Positions 1 to 14,569 of a stretch of 64,000 nucleotides of DNA are shown here, piece after piece. Positions within the stretch are counted from its first letter, which is position 1. Every line of letters starts with the position of its first letter. The DNA comes from the human T2T-CHM13v2.0 reference genome, Homo sapiens. The stretch lies in the NCBI RefSeq assembly GCF_009914755.1, contig NC_060935.1; one strand, 5' to 3'. A program made the translations under genes and the position numbers. Under the pieces are notes generated by a model. It ran no database searches. It saw nothing but the letters and a program-made list of their open reading frames with translations, and had not been told where the DNA came from.

Positions 1-229
1 AAAGAAATTAATTTCCTTCTATCTGATGTTTTGAATAATTGTGTAGACTTTTTAAAAATAAATAAACATTTAATTCTATGGGAAGAGAGTGCCTATTTCC
101 TTCATCAGTATTACATACACATCTGTCATTTGAATTTCATACCTTCAACTCTCATGTACTCCAAAAAGCATTTTGGACACTATCAGGGTATGAATATAAT
201 ATAGCCATACACCTAAATTGTATGCATAA

Positions 230-1228
230 AACTACTTTTCTAATAATACTATAATCTTTTCTGTCTTTTTCACTGTATTGGTATTTTCTCTAATGGTGCA
301 AAAGCAATGGTGAGTGAAATTCCTGGCGCTTTCGCACAAATTAAGGCAGTGGCACTCAACTGTACTAGTCTTTGAAATCAGAGTAGACTGCTTTTTTAAA
401 AAATAGAACAGCATTTTTACTTGAAAAAATGACTGACAGACAAAGAGTGGTTATTTAGATTTGAATTTTTAACAGGTATTTTCCCAAAAATGAAACAAAG
501 TGAGCTTTTCACTTGAAGGAAAACAACTAACTGTATTTGTTTGTCAGTGATAGAATCTGAGCCTCCAAATTAGCAAATATGGTATTAATGGATGTGATGT
601 TTTTACATTGCATTATGAAATATGTCAACATTTGGAAGTTCTATATAACTCAGAGATATAACATCTTCCAAATGACCAATACAAAATCTTACAAAAGCAT
701 GCAATGGTAAAAGATCCATTCAAATTGTAAGTCAGATCAATGGATTTTAATATCATGTAATAAAATATGAAGATGCTTTATATTTCAGATTCCACATCAT
801 CATTCTACTTGTAAATTTTGATGTAGTATTGAAGAATATCCACAAATATCTCAATAAGCTATTAAAATATTTCATTTTCTAAATACATATATGTGTGGGC
901 TTCATACACTTCAACCAAAACAACATATTGTGACAGACTGAATGCAGAAGCATACATGGGAATTCATCTCCTCTTAAGCCTGAAATACAAAAAATTTATG
1001 AAATTGTAACATAATGCCACTCTTCTCACAAAATTGTTTTTGTAAAAGTATGTTGTTTTGGCAATAAGTTTATTGTTATTTTAAACAAATTAGTATTTTA
1101 AATTTTTTCTCAGTTTTAATTTCTAATACTAGAATATAAGTGGACAAAAGCTATAAAAATGAAAGCTTTTCGGGGGTCTTCATTAGCTTTTAAGACTTAA
1201 AAACAACCTAAAGGTATGAGAACTGCTG
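230..1228 (+). mobile_element. Charlie1-family hAT DNA transposon fossil, internally deleted
   Basis: Contains ggtgcaaaagcaatggtgagtgaaattcctggcgct...aaggcagtggcactcaactgtactagt and ends in TIR-like tgagaactgctg. Colinear with the copy at 12947-14569. Confidence 0.85.
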
Positions 1229-1363
1229 TGTACTATGTAAGTGATTCTGGGTTACTAGTCTGGCTAAGCTCTATGCAAACTGAGTTAACTGGTTCCCCAA
1301 TTCTAAGACATACTAGACACTCAAATATGTGTGAAATGTAAATGATCCTCAAAAATATTTCTG

Positions 1364-1656
1364 GGCCCGGCAGGGTGGCTCACACCGGTAATCCCAGCAC
1401 TTTGGGAGGCCGAAGTGGGAGGATCACTTGAGTGCAGGAGTTGGAGACTAGCCTGGATAACATGGCAAAACCCCGTCTCTACTAAAATACACAAATTAGC
1501 TGGGCGTGGTGGTGAGTGCCTGTCCCCAGCTACTCAGGAGGCCAAGACACAAGAATCGTTTCAGCCTGGAAGGCGGAGATGGTAGTGAGCTAAGCTCGTA
1601 CCACAGCACTCCAACCTGGGTGACAGCATGAGACTCTGTCTCAAAAAAAAGAAAAA
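1364..1656 (+). mobile_element. Alu (AluJb/old AluS-like)
   Basis: Dimeric Alu from ggcccggcagggtggctcac to an A-tail; ggaggatcacttgag is J-like. Confidence 0.95.
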
Positions 1657-1722
1657 ATTATATATATTTTTTTTTCTGGAAAAATAAATACATTTTTGAA
1701 TAAATGAAAAATGTGAGTTTTA

Positions 1723-1870
1723 AATCAGAACTGAGTTGGAAAACTAGCTCCAATACTTACTAGGCTTTTCAGTTTGGGACAAATTATTATTGCTTTTTCT
1801 GAGCCTTAGTTTCTCCATATATAAAAATAAGATTTATAGTATCTATTCAACAGAATTGCTATAAATGTGT
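1723..1870 (+). mobile_element. MIR SINE fragment
   Basis: MIR core tctgagccttagtttctccatatataaaaat. Confidence 0.7.
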
Positions 1871-1884
1871 TTTCAATATTGTTA

Positions 1885-2455
1885 ATAAGACAGTATGTGG
1901 AGAAAGTGAAACCCACATACACTACTGGTTGGAATGTAAAATGGTATAGCTGCTTTGGAATCAGTCTATCAGTTCCTCCAAAGGTTAAACAGAGTTACTA
2001 GATGACCCAGTAATTCCATCTCTAGGTATTTATACCCAAAAGGAATAAAAACATATCCACACAAAATTTTATACACAAATGTTCATAGCAGCACTATTCA
2101 TAATAGCAAAAAAAGAGAAACAACCCATGTTCATCAACTGATGAATGGATGAATAAAATGTGGCATATAGCCATAGAGTGTAATATCATGTGGCAATAAA
2201 AAGGAACGAGGTACTGATACATGCTACAACATGGATGAGCCTGGAAAACATTGTGCTAAGTTAAAGAAGCCAGTCACAAAAGACCACATATATAATTCCA
2301 TTCATATGAAATGTCCAGAATAGGCAAATCTACAGAGATAGAAAGTAGATTAGTGGTTGTTTAGGGGTGGGGAGTTGTGACGAAATGGGAAGTGACTGCT
2401 AAAAGGTAAGAAATTTCTCTGAGGGTGATGTACATATTCTAAAATTGATGGTGGC
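1885..2455 (+). mobile_element. L1MB-type LINE-1 3' end
   Basis: ORF2 C-terminal/3'UTR motifs (gacccagtaattcc, atgttcatagcagcactattcataatagc, gaaagtagattagtggttg). Confidence 0.88.
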
Positions 2456-2619
2456 AGATGAATCTTGTGGTCTTGCAGTATAAACTAACTAGAATTCCCA
2501 ATCAGGAGCAGTTCCATATAGGTGGAGAGAAGTCAGGATACGAAGACAGAATAAAAGCAACTACTCCAAACAGCCTTCTCTCACACTCACAGGCTTCTTA
2601 GGCATCTCTCGCACTCACT

Positions 2620-3920
2620 ACATTTAACCAATCGTTCAATAAATATAATTTACCTGGGTCAGGCAGTGAACCGACACATACTGTTTTCATGCAACTTACT
2701 TTCTAGTGGAGGAACTCAGACAATAAATACAAGAAATGACCAATTAAAGGCATAGTAAGAGATAGTAAACGCTGTAGAAGAAAACAGCTGAGTAGGTGGA
2801 AGAGGTTCTAATTTTAAGCAAGATAGTCAAGGTAGTTCTCCCAAAGAAGATGACTTTTCAGCAAGAATTTGAAAGAGCTTAAAACATGATCCGTGGGAAT
2901 ACTTAGGAGTAGAGAATTCTAAGAATAAAAAACAGATGCAAAAGTCCTAATGTGGTGCCTCTTTGGGAAGAATCAGTAGGTAAACACATAAAAATAAAAA
3001 AATTAAAAAAGCAAAGGGGAGATTAATAGAAGATGAAATTAAAGAGGTAAAAGGGAACCAACCATATGTATCTTGATAGGATGTTTAGGGCCATCATAAG
3101 CACTCTGGCCTTTACTTATATTAATATGAGGATACATTAGAGGGTTTTTGAGCAATGGAGTAATGTGACTTAACTTTTTAAAAGGTTAGTCTGGCTTCTG
3201 TGTGGAAAACAGACTGTGTGGAGACAAAGGAGAAAGCAGGGATTTAAGCTAGGAGGCTTTTACAATAATCCAAGCAAGAGAGATTAATGGCCTGGACCAA
3301 GGTGATAGCAATGGCAAATTTAAGCTGGATAATTTGAGGAGAGTTAAATTAAAAAAAAAAAAACTATTTACAAAAATATGGGGCAAGGTTTAAGGAAAAC
3401 AAAAAGGGATAGTGCTGTATCCAGGAGACAGTTACAGGATGAAGCTGTCATTATACCCAGGCTTCTAGGGTAAGGTGAGAGAATGGTTCCTGGAATCTGG
3501 AGAATGTAGTTGTATGAAGAGGGTCATGAAAGGTTACAACCAGTCTATAGCAATCTGGCAAGAAAAGATCTAAGACCAGGGAGAAGACACTGATGCCACT
3601 CTTCTCCTGTTCTCCACAGTGTCTCACATTGGTTGAACCCAACTGGAAGTCAAAGAGAAAGGGAAATCACTAACATGGTGCATAAAAGTTGAACTCCCAG
3701 AGCACAGAGCAAGTTTAGAAGGATTAAGAGAGAAGCAAATGGAAAATATGTACCACAGTGAAAAATCAAAGTTGATTTCCAGGTTTTTTACCTGAACACC
3801 TAGCACAGAGTTGCCGTTACTGAGATGAGAAAGATTTTAGGTGTGGTAGATTTTGGAAAGAAAATCAGGAGTTCTCTTTTAGACATATTAAAAGTTTACA
3901 GTTTTCAGGTAGAAATGTAC
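2620..3920 (-). mobile_element. L2 LINE fragment, interrupted by an LTR at ~3325-3757
   Basis: Reverse L2 tail (cgttcaataaatat...), body such as ggctggaccaaggtgatagc-like sequence, resuming at ccaggtttttt...ttactgagatgagaaag. Confidence 0.75.
3325..3757 (-). mobile_element. ERVL solo LTR, LTR33-like
   Basis: cattggttgaacccaactggaagtcaaagagaaaggg...cacagagcaag...gcaaatggaaaatatgtaccaca matches the reverse of the recalled LTR33 5' end. Confidence 0.65.
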
Positions 3921-4249
3921 AGTAGAAAATAAAAAAAGAACCTCCTCCAGTTGACTGAAGGCTTTGGTACCCTCACCCATCCTGTGACAAGAAGTCAGAA
4001 AAAGGCCAACAGATACACTGTAAACAGATATGAGGCCTAGGCAAGTTAGAAAACTTCTCTTGGTGAAGCAGAGTGGCATGGATAGTCTGAGAAAAGCTGT
4101 TAGCTCTAATACCAGAAGATGATGACAAATCACATTTATCCAGCAGTCTCCTGTGCCTCTGAGGCAGAGCTTGCTTTTATTTTTTTAACATTTAATCCAC
4201 TAAATTTAGTGTTTATCAATTCAATGAATATTTTTATACTATTACATAC

Positions 4250-4695
4250 ATATGAGTTTATAAGAAAATATCTACGGTATTATTTTTACATGTTTTCAGT
4301 TTATATAAATTTTATCATATACTAGATATATAATTTTATGTCTTTCATTTAATATTATGTTTTTAAATTCACACGTTGATATGCATTGCTATTGTATATT
4401 TGACTGCTTCTTTATTTTGACTGCTATTATAAACAATGCTATAATGAACATTCTTGTATATGTGCAAGAGTTTCTTTAGGATATAAATATATAACTATAA
4501 AAGTTGGATTGTTAATGCATAGAGTATGTGCATCTTCAACTTTGCTAGATATAGCTAAACTTTTCTCAAAGCAGATATATAAACTTAGACCCTCACAAGT
4601 AGTTTATGAGAATCTCAGCTCCTCACACTTAATTTTTTTCCAATCCGATGGATGCAAAATGGCGTCTTATTTTTTCTTTAATTTGCATTTCCCTA
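4250..4695 (-). mobile_element. Old L1ME-type fragment
   Basis: Reverse L1 3' motifs: ataaacaatgctataatgaacattcttgta, ttaatttgcatttccct. Confidence 0.7.
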
Positions 4696-5896
4696 TTCTT
4701 CAGACATCCTCTTCTGCAAATTGCCTATTTAATTTTGAGCAAGTTTGAATCTCACAAGCTATGTCTATCACATGGATTTTGGTTCCATGATGTTAAAGGC
4801 CAGGTCTGTCTGTTCAAGTATCTTCATGCCAAAGCCAAAAAGCAGTACTCTGAACAAAGAGAATTTTGAGTTTTCCTTGCAGAAGCCACAAAACCTAACA
4901 GTGGTGACTCTCAGGAGACCTTGAGGTCATCTTTGTTAAAATCTCCCTCTCATCTTAATCCTGAACTTTTGTACCTTTGGTTAATTTGATTCCTGGACCT
5001 CAAATCTAGGATAAATGACTCTAGGGTGGCACATGGAGCTGGATACTAGGAAGGTGTCAGAGTGCTAAAAGTGTCTCAATGTTATGCCCAGAAAGCTTAG
5101 CTGGCATGGGTTTAGTATATCAGGGAAAATACTAGATACAAAATTATAAATGCAAATAGTTCTCTCTTTTTCTCTTAGAGTTTTTTTTACTTTGAAAGGA
5201 TAAATCTAATATTTTTCTTCTTCTTTAGTATTTTCCTTAGCATGTCTAAATCTCTCTGTCTGCCTCACCCTGTCTTTCCCTGTATATGTTTTTGCATCTC
5301 TCTGACACCTAGTTAAACACTCAAAATCTGTATTAAACACAATGAAGAATGCATACATAAAAACATGAGTATTAAATACAATGAAAAATACCACTCAAAA
5401 CAGGAAGCTGCCTTGCTGACAGTTTGATGAAGGAAAGATAGAAGGATCAGCTTTCCCATTAGCCATCAGTGGAGATGAGAAAATTTCAAGTAACCCACAA
5501 AAGCTGATATGCTCCACCAAGCACACAGTATACATGTGAGAAAAATAGATTTTAATATAATTTCAGCATTTCTGTATATAAGTTATGATCCATTCCCACA
5601 GGATTTTAATACATCTTCCTCAGTGAAGAAAAAAGTCTGTATTTCTTGCAACAATATACAAATAAGTAAAAAAAAATTATGAACACCAATTTCAAAACTA
5701 ACTTCATTTAATAGAATTCTTCCATCAAAATCTTGTTTTCAGAAAGCTCACTAAATTTGACATAATATTATTTCTTGGCTTCTTTAAAGTATGGTATCAT
5801 AGAAACGTCTTATTATATATACCTGTAGATTCTACATTTTGATAGCATTAGAACTCCCCAAAAGACTTAGCCTTTTATGGCTATTATAATATAGAA

Positions 5897-6100
5897 GAAC
5901 ACTGTCCAATAGAGCTTTCTTATGATAATGGAAATGTTCTACATCTATGCTGCCTAATATGATAGCCATAACAAGGTATGTTAAGTAAGCCTTAAAATGC
6001 AGCCAATGTTACTGAGGAACTGATGTTAATTTTAGTTAATTTGATTTGAATTGATCAAGTAGCCACATGTGGCTAATAGCTTCAGTATTGGGCAACACAG
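5897..6100 (+). mobile_element. MER3 hAT-Charlie MITE
   Basis: ctgtccaatagagctttc...ggaaatgttctacatct...agccacatgtggctaatagc...tattgggcaacacag, with inverted termini. Confidence 0.9.
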
Positions 6101-6604
6101 GTTTAGAATAGTCTAGAAAATTTTTCCTTCTATCTAGCCATAAACATTAGTCTGTAACTATACTAAGCAGGTAACTAGGACAGGACAATCTCACCCTAGA
6201 ATCAAAGGTCACAACACTCTCAAGTACTATTTGTAGTGACCTATTTCTCTTCTTCTGTCAGTGCTGAATTACTGGGTACTTACTACCTAGTCCTTCTGCA
6301 TCTTATACACTGACTCATTTTTAACAGAGCTTACTTTTTGACACTTGTTATCTAATGCACAGGTGCTTGGGTAACTGCCTTTATGTTCTTCATTCTCCTA
6401 ACTTACATTCTTGGACCTGTCTGATCCCTTAGAGTGACTCAACTGCTAAAATAACCATTACCCGCTGCTCCTATACTGTCAGTGTTGATTGTCTAAACTC
6501 TATTTCTCTATAAGGAGATGCCATATTCACATCCCCATTCATGACTTTAGCCATACCTAAAGTATCTGTCTAACATATGGTTTTAAGTATACTCATGGGT
6601 CTGA

Positions 6605-6938
<334 letters not shown>

Positions 6939-7859
6939 TAGAACTTTTTAAGTAGAACCTGTTTAAGATAATTTGATGACTTAATCCTCAAAATAATAAT
7001 GTTCTCTATATATTCCCAAATTCAAAACACTTGTCATTTCATGAGTACTAGCTATTTCATCATCATGATGAGCAAAAGAGAACAAAGCTGACTCCCTAAA
7101 ATATCTTCAGGAATACCGGAAAATTATGGTACGAATAGAAAGATGTCAAGACAATCAAGCAATTAATAGATTTCAGGGTGAGATAAAGGCTATGGGAATA
7201 GTAGTAAGGAGTCATTATAAGAGAGATGACAATCTTCCTTTAACTATTTCTCAAAGTTTTAATTTAATAATTAACCACACCACAATTTGTTATTAAAGTT
7301 CTATTCATGATTCATAAGTTTTTGCAGTAAACACAGAAATACATATGCCACTATGCTAACAATGTAAGAATCCCAGAAGTCTAGCCAGCATCCAGTTTTC
7401 AAAGCTTATATTCTATAATTACTCTCATGACATATCTAGGCACCCTGTCAACTGTCTAATAGCCAGAGATGATTCACTGTTGCGTTGTAGATCACATTAT
7501 CCTAGAAAGCCAGAATAATATGAAATAATCCTTGACAGCAAATTAGAAAAGCCATGCTATACTAAAGGAGAAGATCCTCAAACCTGAAAAATTTAAATTA
7601 AAAGGGAAAATTTACAGGGGAAATTTGAAAAGAAAAATTATAGGCTTTTTCTGTAATTCTAGTCCCACAATTCTCAAAAAAAGAAGTAAATTTCACAGTT
7701 AAGAATATGACATTCTCATATAGAGGATGATCACTGTTTTTGTTGTTTGATTTTGGTTTTGTTTTTCTGTTTGTTTAGGTCAAAGAGTAGTATGAAAGAT
7801 TTGAAAAGTGCATGAGGAAATGTGTTCCAATAATGTCTAGAGTAGATGTTAGTATGCCT

Positions 7860-8085
7860 TGGTGACAAGGGCAGGAGCTTTAGCATCATATAGTCCTCAA
7901 TTCAAATCCTGGTTTAGCCACTATTTTGCTGTCTTGAACAAAATTATGTCATTGTTCTGAGCCTCTGTTCACTCTTTTGGAAATGGAGGACAATGATGCC
8001 CATCTCATGGCACTGGTTTGAGGATTAAGTGAGATAAAATACACAAAATCACTGTGATACAAAGTATTTGCCCAAAAAATGTTAG
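7860..8085 (+). mobile_element. MIR SINE
   Basis: ttcaaatcctggtttagccact...tctgagcctctg...gaggattaagtgagataa. Confidence 0.8.
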
Positions 8086-11000
8086 TCCTTGTTTTTGTCA
8101 GCGCTTTCTCTCTCACTTCTTGGTAGGACTTTAAAAATAGGAATTTCTCATGTCTGAATGGTAGAAAATATGAAATTACATAAACCCCACATAACCTAAC
8201 ACAATGATGGGCAAATAATAAGCACTTTAAAAAGATTTGTGGAGTGACTGAGATTCTACAAATGCATTCCTTCTCGAAAAGAAGGATGGATGAGATGAAT
8301 TCTCAAGATCCCTTCCTGGTTCTGAGATTAATGTTCCAACCAAAAAGCTTTTCTTAGTGTCAACCACAATAAGAATCAGTTCATCAGCAGAGAGGAAAGG
8401 GCATTTTTTGTGGTCCTACTTCCAGTTTTCTTTATGAAATATAATACAGAGAGTCTCCTCAGAACCCTTCCTGCACTCTTAAGCAAATTCTTCTTTTCAG
8501 ACTAAAAAAAAAAAATCATAACTCTTCCCTCTAGTATTTCATGTCATCTCATTCAATCATCACTTCTTATTCATTTTTTCTTCATTATTAATTCTAATTC
8601 CATCACAAATGAGTCTTTGTAAATACTCAAAAAATGGCCCAGGTACAGAGAGCCATGTCAGATAGTGGTGATTCCCCTCTTCTTCTTCCTAATATCAAAA
8701 CTGAATAGTACACAGAAAGAGACTTGGGAAAGTAACAAGTATTCCAGTAAAATGCTTCTCAACATCCATCTGGGAGGGCAACAGTAAACCATGATAGCCA
8801 TGGCTGAGAAATTCACAGTCAACTGTGAGGGTTAGAGAACAGCCATCATGCTTTGAGGCAAATGCCTACTGGCACAAAACTATGATTGGAAAAACAAAAG
8901 AGCTCCTTTCAGTAACCGGTTAACAAGAAATCCAGAATGCTCAATGGATGTGAAAGCCTGTATTTAAGCAAAACCACAGCATGGTTGTGCCCATTTCATT
9001 TTCTTTAGCTTTCTTAATAAACTTCTATTTATGCTCCCTTGATGTTACGGACATAAACCTCAGGGTCTCAGTAGGTTTTCCCACATATTAGACTAGAAAA
9101 ATTTCTAGCCCTATACACTTACGTAAAGCACTCTTTGTATACTTTACTGTCTCTTGACATCCTGCAACCTGAGCACAACAGCTACGTGTTTGAACAGTAG
9201 AGGTGGTTTTACTAACTTGAGTAAAAATGTGTTCCTGGGTCCAGATAAAACTAAAGTTTCTTTATAAAGAGTTATATAAGTTAGAAATTGCTGTCGATGA
9301 ATATCAAAGTAGTAAAAACCTACCTATTTATAATATGGTCAGAGGTATATCTCAATGTACTTCTAAAATAAAAAATAAAGTAAAATTTTCATTTAAAAAG
9401 GATGATTATGAGCCAATATTAAAAATGTCTTAACAGTCATAAAGATGTACAGAAGATTTCTTTTACAATCACACTCCTATAAGTAACCATATAGTTTCTA
9501 GCCAACTTTAAAATCAGACTGTTTCCAATAGAAGGCTAACATTTTATTTCTAATAATCTCTACTTCTGAGTCTATTTGAAGAGTATAGTCAAAGACAGGA
9601 GCCATGTGCATATGTACAGTTTCAAGTCGATCTATACTCCTGCCCTAATTCTTGTGGCTTGAACCCATTCCAGATGCTCTGCCTTACTCTGTGGTTTGTA
9701 TTTGAGGTCCCCTCTCCTGATTCATTGCATTGCCATGATTGACAAACAGATTCAGCTATGAAAATAAACAGTTACCTGCCTGTAATTGGTTTATAACAGC
9801 TGCACTGCTGTAGCACTTCTAAAACATGGTGAAGTCGCCTCCTAGATAAGTTTCCTGTTCACTTCAGTAGGGGGTTAGCGGGTGTTGATTTTATGTTTGC
9901 TTCTTACCATGAAGAATTTCTTATTGTTCATCAATATATTCAGTACATATGATCTATATACATTTTATGGACCAAAATACATTATTTTTATTATTTTTAA
10001 CCCCCGCAAATTAAATTTAAATAAGCACAGACTGGATTTTAATTTTCTAAACTGATGTGCCTTTTTAAATTGAATACAGAATAGTCTTCAAATGGAAAGG
10101 GCCACTTTTTTTTACTGATTTAATGTGAAACATACTACCACTTTATTGCTAGATTAAAATGTTAGACTAGAAGAAATAACCTAGTAGTTTGTCTCATAAT
10201 ATCAATTGAATTATATGAAATACATCAAACTAGTTACAATACAAGCTACTACTTACATACTACAAACAATTGCAACTCTCTCTGCACATCAGAATAAGAG
10301 ATTAGAACTTAACATTTTAAAATTCCTGTGGAAATCAAATGTATTTTAAGTATCAGCTCTGATTATTTAATCAGACAACTTGCATTTTGCCCTGGCTAAT
10401 TTTGAAGGCTGATAATATTTTACTCATAAAAATAATTGTGCACCTGTTGTGATGGAAGCCTAGTTAAACAAATGTTAATAGGAATGTAACTCTTTGCTTT
10501 AAGCATAAGAACACAAGTCTCTCATTACTATTATATGAAAAAACATATTTTAAAGCTATGAAAAATATCTCATTTTAAATCTCCCCTCTTTCACGGAGAG
10601 ATATTTAAGAATATTATTAAAACATGTATAAAAATAGTCGCACATTAACTTGAAAGAAAACTAACACTGGTGATGTCGATCGAACAAAATGGATGTGGAG
10701 TTCCTCCTTTCATTTAATACTTGGGTTTTTCTACCTTACTCTATTCCCTGGCCAAACCATTTTCATGATATTGAATCATTTCCGTGAAACATGTACTTTT
10801 CTTACCAGTTCATGATCAAAGGAGAAAATAAAAAGTGGGTTTACAAAAGCTGTACCCCTCTTGCACTCTTCTTATTTTCAGAACCTTTCAGCATTAGGGA
10901 TCTTTTTCAGTACCCAAATTCTCTGAGCTTTAAAAACGTGCTAGGCACTCATGGAAGAGAGAGTCTTAGACCTTTACTCGGTTATTTCTATCATTTTGTA

Positions 11001-12946
11001 TAGACTTTCTAAGAGCTACCAACTTGTGTCTCCTCAGTCCATTTCCAGGTATAATCAAATCCTAAGTGCTGAAAAGAGGCTTGAGGAAAAATAATTTGTC
11101 TGAAGTTAAATTAGCTAAATTTTGAGCTCAGTTATATTCATCTCTTATTGACTTCCATAAGGAAGTTGCCTTGCAATTGGCTCAGCGTTTTTAAGGTTAT
11201 ATTTAAAAGGTAATTTTATTTAAAATCACCTAAATTTTGGAACCCTATCCTTTACTATGTCAGGCCCATTCTAATTTTATCTTGGTTAGTGCAATAGAAG
11301 TTTACTAGCAGAGTACACGAATGAGTGCATTTTTTAAATGACCTAAATTCTCTGTAGTTTTCTTTTTCAGTATTTTAATGCAGACATTTGGATTGAAAGG
11401 GAATCACAAGTAAACGGAATAATTGCTCAAATTTCCTCAGTGCATTAAATATGCACTCAGTAGTAATTACTAACAGTAGCAACACATTTAAAAATGTAGA
11501 GAATAATGTACAATTTATGCTTATTTCAAGGCCCTTATTCATAAAAATACCATTTGGATGAAAATACACATATTTTATTAAGTGGTTAGCCCAGTAATTT
11601 TTTAAAATTCAGACAAATGACCTAAATACTAAGTATGTAGGAGGTCTAGTACTATGGGCCAGTTCCTAATGCGACATAGCTATCCCTTGAGACTTTGGTT
11701 AAGAACAGACTCTAAACTAAAGAAATACCCAGAGCACATCCTAGTACCTAGGGTGCTAGGCACAGAGCATTCCTGGGCCTATAAATAGCATGGAGATGGA
11801 GATTAATTATGATCCCATGCATTTTTCTTTCAAAAACCAGCTATGTATAAATATTATCACAAATGTCCATTTTAAAACTATATGTTTATTCAAACATAAA
11901 AGGCTAAAGTGAAATAAAGCAAATTAATAATAGTAAAATCTTTTAAAATGTTTTTCATAATTTTGTGTTCACTAATTCACATTATAAAAATCTCATTGTA
12001 ACTTTTAAAATAAATGTGTATATATATTAAAATCTCACTATCACAGTTACACTAAAAATATCCATATTAACTGTGTGTTCAGAAATATTACATGTGAATA
12101 ACCCATTTTAACAGGAAGCCCTCTAAGTTTTAGCTACCACTATAATAAAATACCAGAAGCAAAATTATATAGAAAACAACATTTTAGGTAAAATAATTTG
12201 GCCTGTACTTAAACCAGATGATTTAATAATACTGCAAGGGGTTGAGAGTCATATAATAGCTAAACTACCTGTTACAAGACGGGAATGAAGCTGAATAGGC
12301 TAGTATTTACCAGGCCTAGATTATTCAAAAATGTTTTAATTATCAATAAATTGAATATCATTTTTGGTTGAGCAAACGTTGGTGACATGAACTACACTGT
12401 AAACTTGACATTTATGATTATACCAATTTCTGGGGCTTCCTTGCAATATTATACATGTTTAATCGTTTCCCATGAGATAATTTGTGATACAAGAGGTAAT
12501 GACAGTTCCAGGTCCCTATTGGCACATATCCAAATTCTCTTGTTCCTATTCCTACTGGAAAACTATTTACCAAGAATCTATCTTGTCAGTCACTTTACAA
12601 CTACCTGTCTAATCTTCACATTAATCCTGAAATGCATGGTTGTTGTTGTTGTTGTTTTTTAACCACTTTTCAGGTTAGCAAGTTGACAGTAAAATAGGTT
12701 AAATAAACAGATCAATTTATACCTATCATGAATCAAACCCACATGTGATCAACTCCACAGTTCATGTTTATTATGTCACAGGCGCAGATCCAGGGGAAGA
12801 AAGCAACTAATTTCTTTAAGCCATTAACTTCATTCAGAGTTTCATAGAATCTCTGAAGTCTTAAATGTGACTAAGTTGCTTTGTAGTTATTACTGAGTAG
12901 TTAACTTATTGTCGAGGTAATTATGTGCTAATCTAAGGTTCTAGTC

Positions 12947-14569
12947 CAGCAGTTCTCAAAATGTGGTTCTTAGATCCCTGGGAATCCCAGAGAACTATTC
13001 AAGGTGTCCCTGAAATAATTTTCATAGTTTTTATAGTAATGCTAAGACATTATTTGCATGTTACAGTGATGACATTTGCATTGATTATGCAAATAAAATA
13101 GTGAGTAAAACCACTGGTTTCTTAGCATGAATCAAAGGAACCAAACTTTGTAGTCATTGTATTCTTCACCATCATACACTTGTAATAAAACAAGTAAATA
13201 AACAAAAAAACTAATGTCACTTAAGAATGTCCTTGATGAAACCAATAAAAATTATTAATTTTATTAAATGGTGACTTTTAAGTACATATACTTTTAATAG
13301 TCTATGTGATGAAATGAGAAGCACTTCTCTTACACATATAAGTATAACAGTTGTTTCAAGGAAAACCACCACTTGTGCTTTTATTGGCATTGGAAGCTGA
13401 ACTTTATCAAAGCTATTTGTATACAGCAACACTTTCATTTGAAATAACAACTAAGAAAATATTATTATTCAGACCTCAATATTTGGCAAGTGAGGCTTGT
13501 CACTTCAAGAAAAGTAAAAGTAATTGACAGTATTGGTTAAAATAATTCATTCAAGGGAAAATGACAGTTTTGGAAAACTTCTATCTGCCATCAAGAGCAT
13601 GACAGTTTCCAAATACTTTTAAAGACTTTTCTGATGAGATTGGTGGTGATATTAATGAGTGCAATTTTCTGATATTACATAATGAAATGTGTCAACATAA
13701 GGAAAAGAGTTACACACAATGTTACAAAATCATGCATGGAGTAAAAGATTCATTCAAAGTTAAGGTTAAACCAATAGATTTTAATATAAAAGTATGAAAA
13801 GTCCATTGATAGGGTTTCAGATCCTCTACTGGACCTAACTTTTAAGAAACTGCCACTTGCCAAATTTGGTGAAGTATCAAAGAAGAATATTCACAATAGC
13901 ACGAAAAGGTTGTAAAATACTCCTCTCTTTAACTCCATATCAAAATGAGGTCAGATTGCCTTCATACACTTCAATCAAAAATTTATCAAAGCCGACTAAA
14001 TGCAGAAACAGATACGAGTCCAACATCTATTAACCCATACATTAAAGAGATCTGAAAAATGTAAACCAATGCCACTCTTCTCACTAATTTGTTTTTGTTT
14101 AGCTATTTGGTTACAGCTATTTTTCATAAAAATTTGTTTCATGTTACTATGCAGTGGTACCATGATAGCTCACTGTAGCCCTGAACCCCTGGGCTAAAAT
14201 GATCTGCCTGCCTCAGCTTCTCCAGTAGCTAAGACTACAGGCACATGTCACCACACCCAGCTACTTTTTTTAATTTTTTGTAGAGATGGGGTCTTGCTAT
14301 ATTGCCCAGGCTGGTCTTGAACTCCTATCTGCAAGCATTCCTCTTGCTTTGGCTTCCCAAAGTGCTGGGATTACAGGTCTGAGCCACTGCAGTTGGCCCT
14401 ACGTACAAGGTTTAATATCATAACTTCTAAATGAATTAGTAAGTACTTTTAAATTTTCTCGTTTAATTTCTACAGAATAAATACAAACAAACACAAACCA
14501 AGCTTTGTGGGGTCCTCAATAAAAATGTAAGAGTGCAAATGTCTCCTGTCAAAAATTTGAGCACTTCAT
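12947..14569 (+). mobile_element. Charlie1a-like hAT transposon, end to end, with an intact 8-bp TSD; interrupted by an Alu
   Basis: Starts cagcagttctcaaaatgtgg and ends tttgagcacttcat. TTCTAGTC is present at both 12939-12946 and 14570-14577. Confidence 0.9.
14150..14398 (-). mobile_element. AluJ lacking its 3' end and A-tail
   Basis: tgcagtggtaccatgatagctcactgtagcc...gagccactgcagttggcc, with J-type diagnostics. Confidence 0.92.

Noticed and set aside
11779-11788. Perfect MEF2 site CTATAAATAG (also at 28600-28609)
   Set aside because: Isolated AT-rich 10-mers are expected by chance at this base composition.
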